Source of the DNA: a virus
Lineage: Duplodnaviria; Caudoviricetes
Reading direction: 5' to 3' (one strand)
DNA: 64,000 nt
IMG/VR virus record: IMGVR_UViG_3300036861_001161
Location: 1,499 to 65,498 of that record
Program-made: the position numbers and the translations under genes
Shown: positions 37,701 through 46,224 of the stretch, one piece after another
Layout: the number at the start of each line of letters is the position of its first letter
Numbering within the stretch: the stretch's first letter is position 1
Notes under the pieces: model-generated
What the model was told of the DNA's origin: nothing
The model's input: only the letters and a program-made list of their open reading frames with translations
Databases searched by the model: none

Positions 37701-40328
37701 TTCCATGGTCGAGGTAAAGGCATGCACAAAAGCGGGAAGCCCGCGACTGAGAATGAGCGTCCCGCTCTGATTCTGCCGGAAGACGAGATCGACGGCGGCA
37801 TTATCCGTCCGGACTGTCAAGGATCCTGGCTCCACAACCTGAGCAGGCGTACCCGCATCGAGCAGTTGCCAGGCGAGATCGGCACTGCCTAAGCCATGCG
37901 TGCCCCCTGGGATATTCAGGCTGCCCTGGCCAGTAAACGGCAAGACATAGGGCGCCGGGATCAGATGAATGATTACCCGCGTATTTTCGCCCTGGGTTTC
38001 CCGCACAATGACATCAAATGTGGTGGGATGAATCGTGATGGATGCCGGCTCAAGGACTCGCAATGGGCTTGCGGTATCAGTAGCCTCCACAAAGAGGTTC
38101 CCACTCCCAACGCCATGCGTCGTGCCGGGCACCATGATGGTAACGGCGAGGCTCGTCGGAAATCCCGCAATGAGGGTGGCATGGCCGGCGAGCCGTCCAC
38201 TCCCGGCTCGCACACTACTGGCGAGCCGTGTCGTTTGGGCCTGCGCCTGCCCGATGCCGATTCGTAGACTGCTCGCGACTTGCGTACTACTGGCATGCTC
38301 GATGCCTGTACCAGCCTGCACGAGGTTGCCACTCGGTACGCCTGAGCCGGCAATATGTCCACTGCCGGACCGCAGACTACTCGCCACCCGGCTGCTCATC
38401 GCCTGCTCCTGGACGGTACTCGCACGGAGTTCACTCGCCACGCGTATCGTGGTGACCTGCACTTGGGCAGCCCCAGCGCGAAGCGAGCTACTCACGGCAC
38501 TCCGCGTAGCCTGTTCCTGGACAGTGCTGACGCGCACTTCACTCGCAAGGCGTACGGTACTGGCCTGCGCCTGCCCGCTGCCGGACCGCACACTACTCGC
38601 CACGCGGGCGGTTGTGGCCTGCGCGAGAGCCGTTGCAGCCCGGAGACTACTGGTAAGACGCGTCGTCGTGGCCTGCGCCTGGCCACTGCCGATGCGCTGC
38701 GAGCTAGCGACATGAGCCGCACTGGCCTGCGCTGTTCCACTGCCAGCTCGCAGACTACTGGCGAGGCGTATGCTACTCGCCTGCTCACTCACCGTAACGC
38801 TTTTGATACCAGCCGGAGTAAAGAGGGCACGCTGTTCCACGGTCGTCAGCAAGGTGACCTGGCCATCCTGCACCGTGAATGCGGCAGCATAGCGGGTCGG
38901 AGGGGCCGCGAGCACGATAGTGCCTGCCTGGGCTTGTCGAAACGTGATTTCGACATTAAAACTCGTCGGATCAATCGTCACCCGGCCAGGGCGCAGCGCG
39001 GCAGGCGTTCCTGCGGCATCATAGACTTGCCAGAAGAGATCAGCGGTTCCCAGGTTATGCGTGGTCCCAGGAATACTCCAGGTAGCAAAACTGCCAAAAG
39101 TTTCGGTATAGCGGGCGCTGGGGGCGGCGAGGATGACTGTCCCACTTTGGGACTGTGCAAAGGTGAGCGTCACGTTGAACGATCCGGGAGCGACGGTCAC
39201 CGAGCCTGGCTCAAGGCGTCTTGGAGGGCTCGCGGCATCCCAGACCTCCCAGAGTAACGCCGTCGTCCCGAGATTGTGCGTCGTCCCCGGAATACTCCAG
39301 ACGATATCGGAGAAGCTTCCGCTATACTGCGGCATGGCGCTGCTGAGCAGGATACGACCACTCTGTCCCTGGCGGAACGTGGCCGTGACATCGAAGCTCG
39401 TCGCATCCATGGTGACGCGCCCGGCCTCAATGGCTTCTCGTGGGGAAGCATTATCGACGAAGCGCACGAGGAGGTTGGCGGTCCCCTGGCGATGCGCCAC
39501 GCCGGGCACCCGCAGCGTCAAGCCTGTGGGCTGCAGCGCGGCCTGAAGTGCGGCCGTCGCCTGCTGTTGTCCGCTGCCAGCTCGGGTGGCATTGGCCGTG
39601 CCTATCCGTGAGGCCTGGGCGGCACCACTGCCAGCGCGTAAACTACTGGCGATACGAGCTGCCGTAGCCTGCGCTGATCCTGCTCCCGCCGTGGTCGCGA
39701 GGAAGATTAAGGTCTGCGAAAACTCCCACCAGGGATTGCGGGCGGTTGTCTCACCAGAATCCCCCGCGGTCAGATCGGTGGCATTGTCATTGCCGTAACT
39801 CAGCGTGACCGTACGGTCCACGGCCGTGGCCGAGCGAAACCCCCACTCGATGACGAGATAATCCCCGGCCGTCGCCGATTGGGTCGTGAGGGTAATCGCC
39901 GTCGCTTCTGCCACATCGGCGAATTGACGATTGGTTAGGGTATTCGTCACAAATTCATGGGGGGCACTGGTGGCGGCATCGCTCGCGGTTTGGGCCAACA
40001 GTACCGCACGATCCGCCCCGCCGGGTTGCACGATTTTGACGGCCATGGCCAGCGTCCCACTCGCCCCATTATTATTCTGCATGGCGCGCATCTGGCCGCT
40101 GATGCTGCCCGCAATCGATTGAGCAGCCAACGGACCAATGATGGTCCGCCCCATGGCCTGCGCAATAGTCGCGATGCCTGTGGCCTCGGTCTTCGAGGTC
40201 ATGGCCGAACCGTCATTTTTGGCGAGCGTGCCGGGCACCGTCACGGGATTAATCTGGTTGGCAAAATTCCAGGTCGAGGGCGTCACGCCGACCGCCCCAG
40301 AAACCTTCGTATAAATGCGGGTTGCCAT
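34770..40328 (-). CDS. 1852-aa repetitive fibre/whisker-like virion protein
   Basis: N-terminal globular domain, a backbone of ~19-aa R.ASSLRAGSG..QA repeats, and nine ~70-aa THNLG modules in three triplets. Confidence 0.75.
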   Translation of the reverse strand: MATRIYTKVSGAVGVTPSTWNFANQINPVTVPGTLAKNDGSAMTSKTEATGIATIAQAMGRTIIGPLAAQSIAGSISGQMRAMQNNNGASGTLAMAVKIVQPGGADRAVLLAQTASDAATSAPHEFVTNTLTNRQFADVAEATAITLTTQSATAGDYLVIEWGFRSATAVDRTVTLSYGNDNATDLTAGDSGETTARNPWWEFSQTLIFLATTAGAGSAQATAARIASSLRAGSGAAQASRIGTANATRAGSGQQQATAALQAALQPTGLTLRVPGVAHRQGTANLLVRFVDNASPREAIEAGRVTMDATSFDVTATFRQGQSGRILLSSAMPQYSGSFSDIVWSIPGTTHNLGTTALLWEVWDAASPPRRLEPGSVTVAPGSFNVTLTFAQSQSGTVILAAPSARYTETFGSFATWSIPGTTHNLGTADLFWQVYDAAGTPAALRPGRVTIDPTSFNVEITFRQAQAGTIVLAAPPTRYAAAFTVQDGQVTLLTTVEQRALFTPAGIKSVTVSEQASSIRLASSLRAGSGTAQASAAHVASSQRIGSGQAQATTTRLTSSLRAATALAQATTARVASSVRSGSGQAQASTVRLASEVRVSTVQEQATRSAVSSSLRAGAAQVQVTTIRVASELRASTVQEQAMSSRVASSLRSGSGHIAGSGVPSGNLVQAGTGIEHASSTQVASSLRIGIGQAQAQTTRLASSVRAGSGRLAGHATLIAGFPTSLAVTIMVPGTTHGVGSGNLFVEATDTASPLRVLEPASITIHPTTFDVIVRETQGENTRVIIHLIPAPYVLPFTGQGSLNIPGGTHGLGSADLAWQLLDAGTPAQVVEPGSLTVRTDNAAVDLVFRQNQSGTLILSRGLPAFVHAFTSTMEVVLDGSTHGLATAALRVHVYDDVTPVRAALTPGSVTIHPTTFQVKITFTQLQAGVVVLSAATPVSITLPVATSAAQQTGTGRVQATSQRVASAVRSSTAGLSAHARLVAIQPTTLATTVLVPGTTHQFGTGNILVQAYDTVGTALTVEPGTITIHPTSFDVAIAFYFPPAGIILLRQAPAPYTQGFAAPSFTVNGTTHNLGTANLFVQLRDAATPAALLAAASVTVTTASKNVDVTFDQSQSGTILVSVGTPVYVHPFTGETQFTIAGTLHNLLTPDLVWQIWDAGSPAIALIEPASVTIDTGNKDVTVRFDQLQSGTVLLSAALPVYRIAITSPGAAAVEVSGSMAGPAAPRVTTNLRTGSGHQQGQAGPIASAILAKTGFMGASAGKIASSLRAGAAHLQASSVGVGSAIRASSAQEQASSVRLASSLRAGSATIHDTMTRVASASRLSTGQEQSSATRLASSLRAGTAMVHATGTPLPAGTLAVAGQVTASTSRIASSLRAGSGVVYDTTAHIGSAITGRVATITAQTARLASSLRAGSGTAHAQATRMASEIRAATGMIQVNAIRVASSLRTASGMLHGVGVGLTPGVVSVTVHASGVAVRIASSLRAAAAHEQASSARIGHAVAFRAVQVQALASRVASSLRTGLGLLQGTSTRVASSVRTGSGIFHAQMTRLASEVLARTPVVHAVAGALTSSLRVGSGQIRSVPSQAGGAVGSAHLAGQMTRVASSVLARPEVIHAFTLELASSLRASGAMLHGASSHVSSSLLARPASIQGLASRSVNQILTRPALIQALASSLLSQIHAATGQAQGTSSTLRISQILARLVQIQGQNFTLPGLQATGHMEASAQRLANSVLSHPAVIQAVTAEVVSALAQRGGTLRSLPQVVAHEILARLLQEQALAVALISEVRPSQGQSGSTVTLLASSLLGSTGSWSATASLIGIPRRHLHGRLRTARSQPGIAQKRQVTSVGG

Positions 40329-40529
40329 ATCAGGATATCACCATGGCGCCAGGGAGATGTCTGCGCTTATCCAGGAGAACGAGGGTCATGAGGCGCTGAC
40401 GTGGCGCCGACCGTGAGCACAAGTTCGTGCGACTCATGGAACATGGCGCCACAATAGACGCAGATATACTTCCCTTCCGGGAGTTTCTGGACGAAATGGG
40501 TACCTGCCTCACACATCGCAGTCATCACG

Positions 40530-40895
40530 CTACCTCTCCATAGCCGCAATGCCAGCGCACCACTCGAGGAATGCCGCACACGTCTGTGGCTGGCCGGAAC
40601 GGCTATAAATATCGACGGCCTCTTCCATGAGGTCCACCATCGCCGGCGTGAGGCGTGCCTGTAACATGGTGGCTTCGATGGCTTGCGCCTCCTCGGCACT
40701 CACGTCACGCATGGGATTGGCCTCGTCCCAAGCTTCGACGGCTTCCTCCATACTCGTGCCTGCGACGGCATTGCCACAGCCGGTACACGTGACCCAATAG
40801 GCCGGGTCGCGCCATTCCATGGCTTCGACTTTGCGGGGGCCCGCGCAGTTGGCACAGGGATGGGTTGAGACGTCATGGGCAACGGGTTCGGACAT
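40530..40895 (-). CDS. Lar-like zinc-ribbon protein
   Basis: PCANCAG...YWVTCTGCG......EAVEAWD. Confidence 0.6.
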   Translation of the reverse strand: MSEPVAHDVSTHPCANCAGPRKVEAMEWRDPAYWVTCTGCGNAVAGTSMEEAVEAWDEANPMRDVSAEEAQAIEATMLQARLTPAMVDLMEEAVDIYSRSGQPQTCAAFLEWCAGIAAMER

Positions 40896-41019
40896 GGGAG
40901 GGTCTCCTTCTAGTTAAAGATCGTCTAGCATCTTGGGAGTGGGCTTACCTGCTATGGCATGACACCACTCAACAAACTCCTCGGCACGAAAACGAATGAG
41001 GACAGGCCCTGCCTCTGTC

Positions 41020-41241
41020 TCAGCTTCGATGATCACTGGTTCGGTCATCCTCAGGTTCCTTCCGTAACGCATGCTGATCCATCCAGGTCGCAATCTGGCG
41101 CAATTCCCCTGCGGTAAAGTCACCGTCGAGCGTGGCCCGATCAGCCTGACAGGGCCAATCAATATACTCGGCATAGGTGCCCGCTGTAAAAATACTTCCA
41201 TCAGGTTGTATCTGCCCTCCAAGCATATCGCGGTCTGCCAT
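41020..41241 (-). CDS. Hypothetical protein
   Basis: GAGGAG RBS, and YIDW......ATLDGDFTAGELRQIA.WM. Confidence 0.5.
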   Translation of the reverse strand: MADRDMLGGQIQPDGSIFTAGTYAEYIDWPCQADRATLDGDFTAGELRQIATWMDQHALRKEPEDDRTSDHRS

Positions 41242-41268
41242 GGAATACGTCTCCTCGTGCCGTTGACG

Positions 41269-41628
41269 TTACGGCGTAGCCACGGTAGTGCACCACGTCA
41301 GAAAAGTGGCCAGGTTCTGGGTCTCTGCCGAATGACTAAACACGAGTGCCGCGTCTTGAATGATGGCATCCACGGCGGGCGTCAGGGTTGCCTCAAGGAT
41401 GGTCACTTCCATCGCATAGGCGTCTTCCGGCGTCACCGTGCGCGTTGGGTTATCCAGATCCCAGGCGGCCACGACCTCTGCGACGCTATCCCCGGCTGCA
41501 TACCGACCATCGCCGAGACAAATCACCCAATAGGACGGGACACGCCAGCTCATCGATTGGACCACGCGGGCGCCGGCGCAGGTAGCGCAGGGATTCGTGG
41601 CATCGGCATAGTCGACCGGATCCGACAT
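41269..41628 (-). CDS. Lar-like zinc-ribbon protein, paralogue of 40530-40895
   Basis: Collinear over the full length. The second CxxC is degenerate (CLGD). Confidence 0.6.
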   Translation of the reverse strand: MSDPVDYADATNPCATCAGARVVQSMSWRVPSYWVICLGDGRYAAGDSVAEVVAAWDLDNPTRTVTPEDAYAMEVTILEATLTPAVDAIIQDAALVFSHSAETQNLATFLTWCTTVATP

Positions 41629-41643
41629 GGGGACGGCTCCTTT

Positions 41644-42387
41644 CTAAGGCACAGGGGAGAGGGGAACATCTCCTAAAGGTTGATTGGCATCTTCTAGGGG
41701 CTCCTCAACAAACCAGGTTGGGACGGCACGACGGCCGCATTCATATTCATACAGTCGGTTATGATTGCAGCAACGGACATCCAGATCGTCAAGAGCGCGT
41801 GAGCCATCAAGAATGATGGAGTACATATCCATCCCGAATTTGCCCTTATCATCTCCACGACCATTGAGATGGTTAATGTCAAGCACACGCAAGTCAGTTA
41901 TGCCACAAATCACACATTTTCCGCCAAGCTTGTTAATGGCTTCCGCCTTGAATTTCCAGAGATATTCAATCATGCGTTTCTGATGGCGCTCTTTATTGTT
42001 CTCGTAATATGTTTTCCCAAACTTTGGATTTCTTTCACGCCATCGCTTACTACGTTTGTTCGCATCGCCAGGATTGCGATCCTCCCAAGATGTTACTAAG
42101 GCATCATGGCATGTCTTGCATCGTCGGAGTTTTCGTTTTTGAAATGCCGGATACCAATTCTCTTCGGTAAGTTTCACGCCACATTTTTTACAATCTCTAT
42201 TCCCGTCACATTGTGGACATCGTTTCTCGGTACATGCAACGCCACATCCTGCGCAGAAGCGTCGAGGAATTTTCCCTTGGTAACAAAAACAACACCAGCC
42301 GACATTTGCTTTGCGAAGAGAGGGATACCAAATCTCATCATGAAGTTCGATCCCACATCCTCGACAGTACTTCGCAATCACTTTCAT
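41644..42387 (-). CDS. Free-standing HNH-like endonuclease with multiple Zn ribbons
   Basis: Repeated CxxCG..L...WY units, and LGGKCVICG..DLRVLDINH.NG...DLDVRCCNHN. Confidence 0.7.
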   Translation of the reverse strand: MKVIAKYCRGCGIELHDEIWYPSLRKANVGWCCFCYQGKIPRRFCAGCGVACTEKRCPQCDGNRDCKKCGVKLTEENWYPAFQKRKLRRCKTCHDALVTSWEDRNPGDANKRSKRWRERNPKFGKTYYENNKERHQKRMIEYLWKFKAEAINKLGGKCVICGITDLRVLDINHLNGRGDDKGKFGMDMYSIILDGSRALDDLDVRCCNHNRLYEYECGRRAVPTWFVEEPLEDANQPLGDVPLSPVP

Positions 42388-42433
42388 TGAGAGTCTCCAT
42401 CATTGGGTTGTAACAAAGAAGACTCTCAGTATA
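42388..42433 (-). promoter_or_regulatory. RBS-occluding hairpin with -10 box at its 5' arm
   Basis: TGAGAGTCT/AGACTCTCA inverted repeat (42388-42396 and 42420-42428) covers the GGAG RBS. TATACT at 42433-42428. Confidence 0.65.
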
Positions 42434-42515
42434 CTATACATTTCATAAATATACATCTAGAAAATGTATAAATCGCTTTTTATTGACCACCTTCATCATT
42501 CATACTATACTAGTA

Positions 42516-43322
42516 CTAAGTATTCTGGAACGTGTAGGTCGTTGCGAGGGTGCCTAAATTGCTGACGTTAAGCACGCTGAATGAGTCATGTGTCAGCAGA
42601 AAACTCCAGAACGGTGAGGTGGTCGTCACGTTCTTCAGCCCCACCTCTGTATAGGCCCGGTCGGCAGTGGCGGTGATCGTAAATGCGACCGTAAAGGTCC
42701 CCGTCGCGCCAGCACCCGACACGGTATTCACCGTGACCGAGGCTTGCGTCTCGGTCTGAGTTTGCATATTCGTGTCAGCCACCGTTGCAGCTGTCACGCC
42801 AGTGCCTGCACAGCCGAGCATCGAGTTCACGCCACCGTTCATCGTCTTATCCACCGAACGGCCAGTCCCACCTACATCGGTCACCGTCGTAGTCGTCCCC
42901 ATCAGGCCGACACGCACCAGGTTGGCAAATACGTTGGTACACAGGTTCGCCGGGCCTTCACGCAGCCCCACCAGCTTCTTCTTGCAGCCACAGGCTTTGC
43001 CCCAGTGCGCCTTATGGTGGCAGGGATCGTAGGCTCGCACCTGGAGGTCAATGCGAAAGTGATTGGGGTCAATTTTCGGCTCGCTGCGGCCCTCCATCCA
43101 ATGGCCCGTCTTCACATCACGAAAGCGCACCGTCGCGGGTGCAATACGCGGCAGCGCGAGATCGGAGGTGAGGCCGGCATAGTCAATGCCGCGCGCCGCA
43201 TAGTGACTTTTCTCAATCAGATGGCGCTGAATAAGTCCTGACAATTCCTGTGGCGTGAGGACTTCCGCTAGAGCAGGGGGAATGACTATCGATGTCAGAG
43301 ATGCAGTATTAATCATAGACAT
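42516..43322 (-). CDS. Virion structural-like protein (collar/fibre base)
   Basis: NLCTNV...GTG.TAATVADT.MQT...AYTEVGL......L.H..FS..N......TYTF resembles phage fibre-base proteins. Confidence 0.6.
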   Translation of the reverse strand: MSMINTASLTSIVIPPALAEVLTPQELSGLIQRHLIEKSHYAARGIDYAGLTSDLALPRIAPATVRFRDVKTGHWMEGRSEPKIDPNHFRIDLQVRAYDPCHHKAHWGKACGCKKKLVGLREGPANLCTNVFANLVRVGLMGTTTTVTDVGGTGRSVDKTMNGGVNSMLGCAGTGVTAATVADTNMQTQTETQASVTVNTVSGAGATGTFTVAFTITATADRAYTEVGLKNVTTTSPFWSFLLTHDSFSVLNVSNLGTLATTYTFQNT

Positions 43323-43329
43323 GGGAGAA

Positions 43330-43580
43330 ACTCTCCTTCCTCACGAGAACTCTCGGGAGTCCCTGGTGTGAGGCAACGGGAAAATCGCACAGAGCTTGTG
43401 CGGAGCATCAAACAGAGACATGCTAGGAAGAATGAATTCTCCTCTTCATTCCCTTCCTCGAATGACCCTCTCTATCGCCAGGCGTCAGGCGGTGCTGGAT
43501 GAGAGGGAGAGAGCCCGGCACCCCGGCATTGCCTGACGCCTGGCGCCACGGTGAGGCAAAAACGGGACAGTTGTTAGTCA
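43330..43580 (-). ncRNA. Candidate structured RNA (5' leader of 43322 gene)
   Basis: Perfect 15-bp inverted repeat (43476-43490 and 43531-43545), at least three further hairpins, and a possible pseudoknot. Confidence 0.45.
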
Positions 43581-43584
43581 TGCC

Positions 43585-43636
43585 AAAAAAAAGAGGCGCA
43601 TCGTTTCAGCTCATCTCTGAAACGATGCGCCTTCTT
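43585..43636 (-). terminator. Intrinsic terminator
   Basis: AGGCGCATCGTTTCAG/CTGAAACGATGCGCCT stem followed by a T8 tract. Confidence 0.8.
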
Positions 43637-43687
43637 GTAATACCTGCAAGGGCTTACGCCAATAGCGCCTGTCAGAACATTCTAATA

Positions 43688-44815
43688 CTATGCAATGGTC
43701 TTTATATCCCCACTTCCTTGGGTTGCGGTCCGTATCTTATAGTGGACAATATTGAGGATCGTTTTCTTCGACACGTGATACTCATCGGCCAATCCCTGAA
43801 GGCCGATACCGCCAGCGGCATAGCGCTGGCGAATCTCTTCTGTGGATGCATCGCTCAGCTTCGAACGCGGGTGCTTCTCACCTTGGATGCTGGGATTCGT
43901 GTAGCCTTTGGAGCGCGGAGCCTTCGCACCAAGGGCCAGTTGAACCCGTTGCCGTGCGGCGTATTCGGGGTCTTCCCACATCTTCTGGCGGGTCGTCTTC
44001 ATGCGAGCAATGGTTTCAGGTGACTTCGGGATACCCTTGCGAGAGACAGGCGTTTTGACGCTGTCGATTATAATGCCGTCAGGAAACAACGGCGTCTCAA
44101 GGAGAGGAGTTTCTTCTAGAAGAATAGGATTGTTGCGTACAGCCCTTGCTCGTCGTATGCGCTTCGTTAAGCGTATGCCACGAGTAAAGAAATGCATGTA
44201 GACCGTGCGATAATGCGCACCAGCTTCTTTAGCAATTTCGGCAATAGTCATCCCGTTCTCGAACTGTGCATGCAACTTCTCATATCCATATTCGGCGAGA
44301 ATCCCATAGGCACCTTCTGCCGGTCCGCGTCTCCGCCCATTAATGCCATGCCGTAGGAAAAAACTCGCGACTGCCCCATCGCTAACGCCAATCTTTTCTG
44401 CAATCTGTCGCTGAGTAAGACCTTCTACATGATAGAGTCGCGTAATTTCCTCAGCGCCAACGCGTCCCAATATACCCCACGTTTCTTTTTGGGCAGTGCG
44501 ATGCACTTTTGCCCACTCCATCATTTCCTGGAGTTCCTGTTGCTTAATAAGAAGATAAGGAAGCATTGCTTCCCCGACTCGCAGGATATCAGCAACACGA
44601 GTAATGGCAAGACAATATCCTAGTTTATATCCTTCTTTCTTTGTGGCTGGATTCAGAATGCCACATCCTATAAATTCCTTAATCGCCTCTAAACTCCTCT
44701 TGTGAGTATTCGCCCATGAAAGAGAAATAAGAATATAGTCAGGGCGACTGGGTGCAGCTTTGAAATGTACATGTCCTTCCCCATCAAAATACCCAGCAAT
44801 GTATGACCAATCCAT
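43688..44815 (-). CDS. Free-standing LAGLIDADG endonuclease fused to HTH/NUMOD-like DNA-binding repeats
   Basis: WSYIAGYFDGEGHV motif and MLPYLLIK. C-terminal HTHs, KSPETIARMK and GEKHPRSKLS modules. Confidence 0.85.
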   Translation of the reverse strand: MDWSYIAGYFDGEGHVHFKAAPSRPDYILISLSWANTHKRSLEAIKEFIGCGILNPATKKEGYKLGYCLAITRVADILRVGEAMLPYLLIKQQELQEMMEWAKVHRTAQKETWGILGRVGAEEITRLYHVEGLTQRQIAEKIGVSDGAVASFFLRHGINGRRRGPAEGAYGILAEYGYEKLHAQFENGMTIAEIAKEAGAHYRTVYMHFFTRGIRLTKRIRRARAVRNNPILLEETPLLETPLFPDGIIIDSVKTPVSRKGIPKSPETIARMKTTRQKMWEDPEYAARQRVQLALGAKAPRSKGYTNPSIQGEKHPRSKLSDASTEEIRQRYAAGGIGLQGLADEYHVSKKTILNIVHYKIRTATQGSGDIKTIA

Positions 44816-44823
44816 AATAGCCT

Positions 44824-44880
44824 CTTTCTTGTGAAGTTCGACACACAAGAAAGGATAGCATTATTTTTAATTAACTGCAA
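44824..44880 (-). promoter_or_regulatory. Sigma70 promoter overlapping an RBS-occluding hairpin
   Basis: TTGCAG(44880-44875)-17bp-TATCCT(44857-44852). Inverted repeat CTTTCTTGTG/CACAAGAAAG at 44824-44833 and 44844-44853. Confidence 0.7.
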
Positions 44881-44967
44881 TGAATACATAACTATCGTAA
44901 ACACATTAACAATATATCGTATCCTTTTCTTAGTGTGAATACTATATAAAATATTGATATTATTGGC

Positions 44968-45375
44968 TCACGCGTTTCCGATAGTAAATGAAAAGGAATT
45001 TACGGTGAATGATTGTCCAAGAGCAAAACTGGTATTGTCAACTTGCATATCTCCACCATCACCCGTCATGGTGACCGTGCCTTGTGCATGACAGGTCGTC
45101 CCGGCCGTATCATGAATACGGAAATGTCCTGCCGTCCCGGTGGCATCCGCAGACGTGTCTTGCCACGTGCCCGACTTTGCCTTGGTTCCACCGGAGGAAG
45201 CCGCCATCCAATCCGATGGCAATGCCAGCGTGGCCAGGACCACGCCCTGGTTGGGTGCTGCGCAATTGGCAGGCTTGGCGCCGGTGCGTATGGTAAGCAT
45301 GGGCGACGTGCTCACGACCGACTCAAAGGCATCGGCCATGGCGTCTCTGACCGGAACACTAAACTGGAGGGCCAT
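44968..45375 (-). CDS. Conserved phage virion structural protein
   Basis: MALQFS..VRDA..DA.E......L.IRTG..PANCAA...G.VLA.L.LPSDW...ADATGTAGHFRI...QGTV...GGDM..DNTS...GQ. Confidence 0.7.
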   Translation of the reverse strand: MALQFSVPVRDAMADAFESVVSTSPMLTIRTGAKPANCAAPNQGVVLATLALPSDWMAASSGGTKAKSGTWQDTSADATGTAGHFRIHDTAGTTCHAQGTVTMTGDGGDMQVDNTSFALGQSFTVNSFSFTIGNA

Positions 45376-45401
45376 AGGTACTCTTTCTGCTGCTGCACAA
45401 T

Positions 45402-45445
45402 AAAAAAGCCGGGTCTCACTGGAGTGATGTCCAGCGAGCCCGGCT
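45402..45445 (-). terminator. Intrinsic terminator
   Basis: AGCCGGGCTCGCTGGA...TCCAGTGAGACCCGGCT stem followed by a T tract. Confidence 0.75.
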
Positions 45446-45521
45446 CGGGGCACTACCTGCGCGGCGTGCCTGTGATACCGTCTGTCATTTCAGGATAACA
45501 ACATACCGTTATGCCAGGTGA

Positions 45522-45755
45522 TTAGGGTTCCATGTGATACTGCCTCAGGTGTTCTCGATACGCAGTACGTCGCTGGCGTTGCGCATCCGTCATGAACGCG
45601 GCATGGATATCGCGTTTTTCAACAAAATGGTATGCCGTCATCGCCTCGGCAAGCGAGCGAAGGCTTTCCACGTAGGCGATCGGAGCACCACGCAGGTGAG
45701 CCAGGTACGCCTCCATCACCACCGCATTGAACAGAGTAACATCAATATCGTCCAT
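45522..45755 (-). CDS. Hypothetical protein (moron)
   Basis: GAGGGAG RBS, bracketed by a candidate promoter and a terminator. Confidence 0.5.
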   Translation of the reverse strand: MDDIDVTLFNAVVMEAYLAHLRGAPIAYVESLRSLAEAMTAYHFVEKRDIHAAFMTDAQRQRRTAYREHLRQYHMEP

Positions 45756-45913
45756 GGCTCTCTCCCTCGACCTTCTCGACAATGAGGATCGCGGCTTCCC
45801 GTCTCCGTATAGCATAAAGGTACGAGTCTATGCACGGTTTTGCTACTGATAGTTACCCCGTCAATGCCCAGAATGATAACGGGCACGGCACAACTGAAGG
45901 TACCAGGACGGCC

Positions 45914-46216
45914 TTACGGCGTGGCGCCATTCCCTGGCGGCTTCGCCTCCTGCCCTGACGATTCGTCCTTCGGCGGTGCCTGTCTCAGCGTCTTCAGTTC
46001 CTGATCGAGCCGTTGATAGGCCATAGATAACTGCCGAGCCTGGACCCAGATATCCGCCCAGTCACGCTTACACTGCTCGTGGTCCTGGGTCGTGCGCTCC
46101 AGGAGTTTTTGCGTCACGTCAGCCTGGTGCTGAAGCTTCAGGTCCGGCTCTTGAGCCAAGGTCATAAGTGGTACGGTCAGGACGCCGAGCACCAGCAGTC
46201 GCCACACAAGTGGCAT
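45914..46216 (-). CDS. Secreted coiled-coil protein
   Basis: Signal peptide MPLVWRLLVLGVLTVPLMTLA-Q followed by heptads. Confidence 0.6.
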   Translation of the reverse strand: MPLVWRLLVLGVLTVPLMTLAQEPDLKLQHQADVTQKLLERTTQDHEQCKRDWADIWVQARQLSMAYQRLDQELKTLRQAPPKDESSGQEAKPPGNGATP

Positions 46217-46224
46217 AGAGTCTC

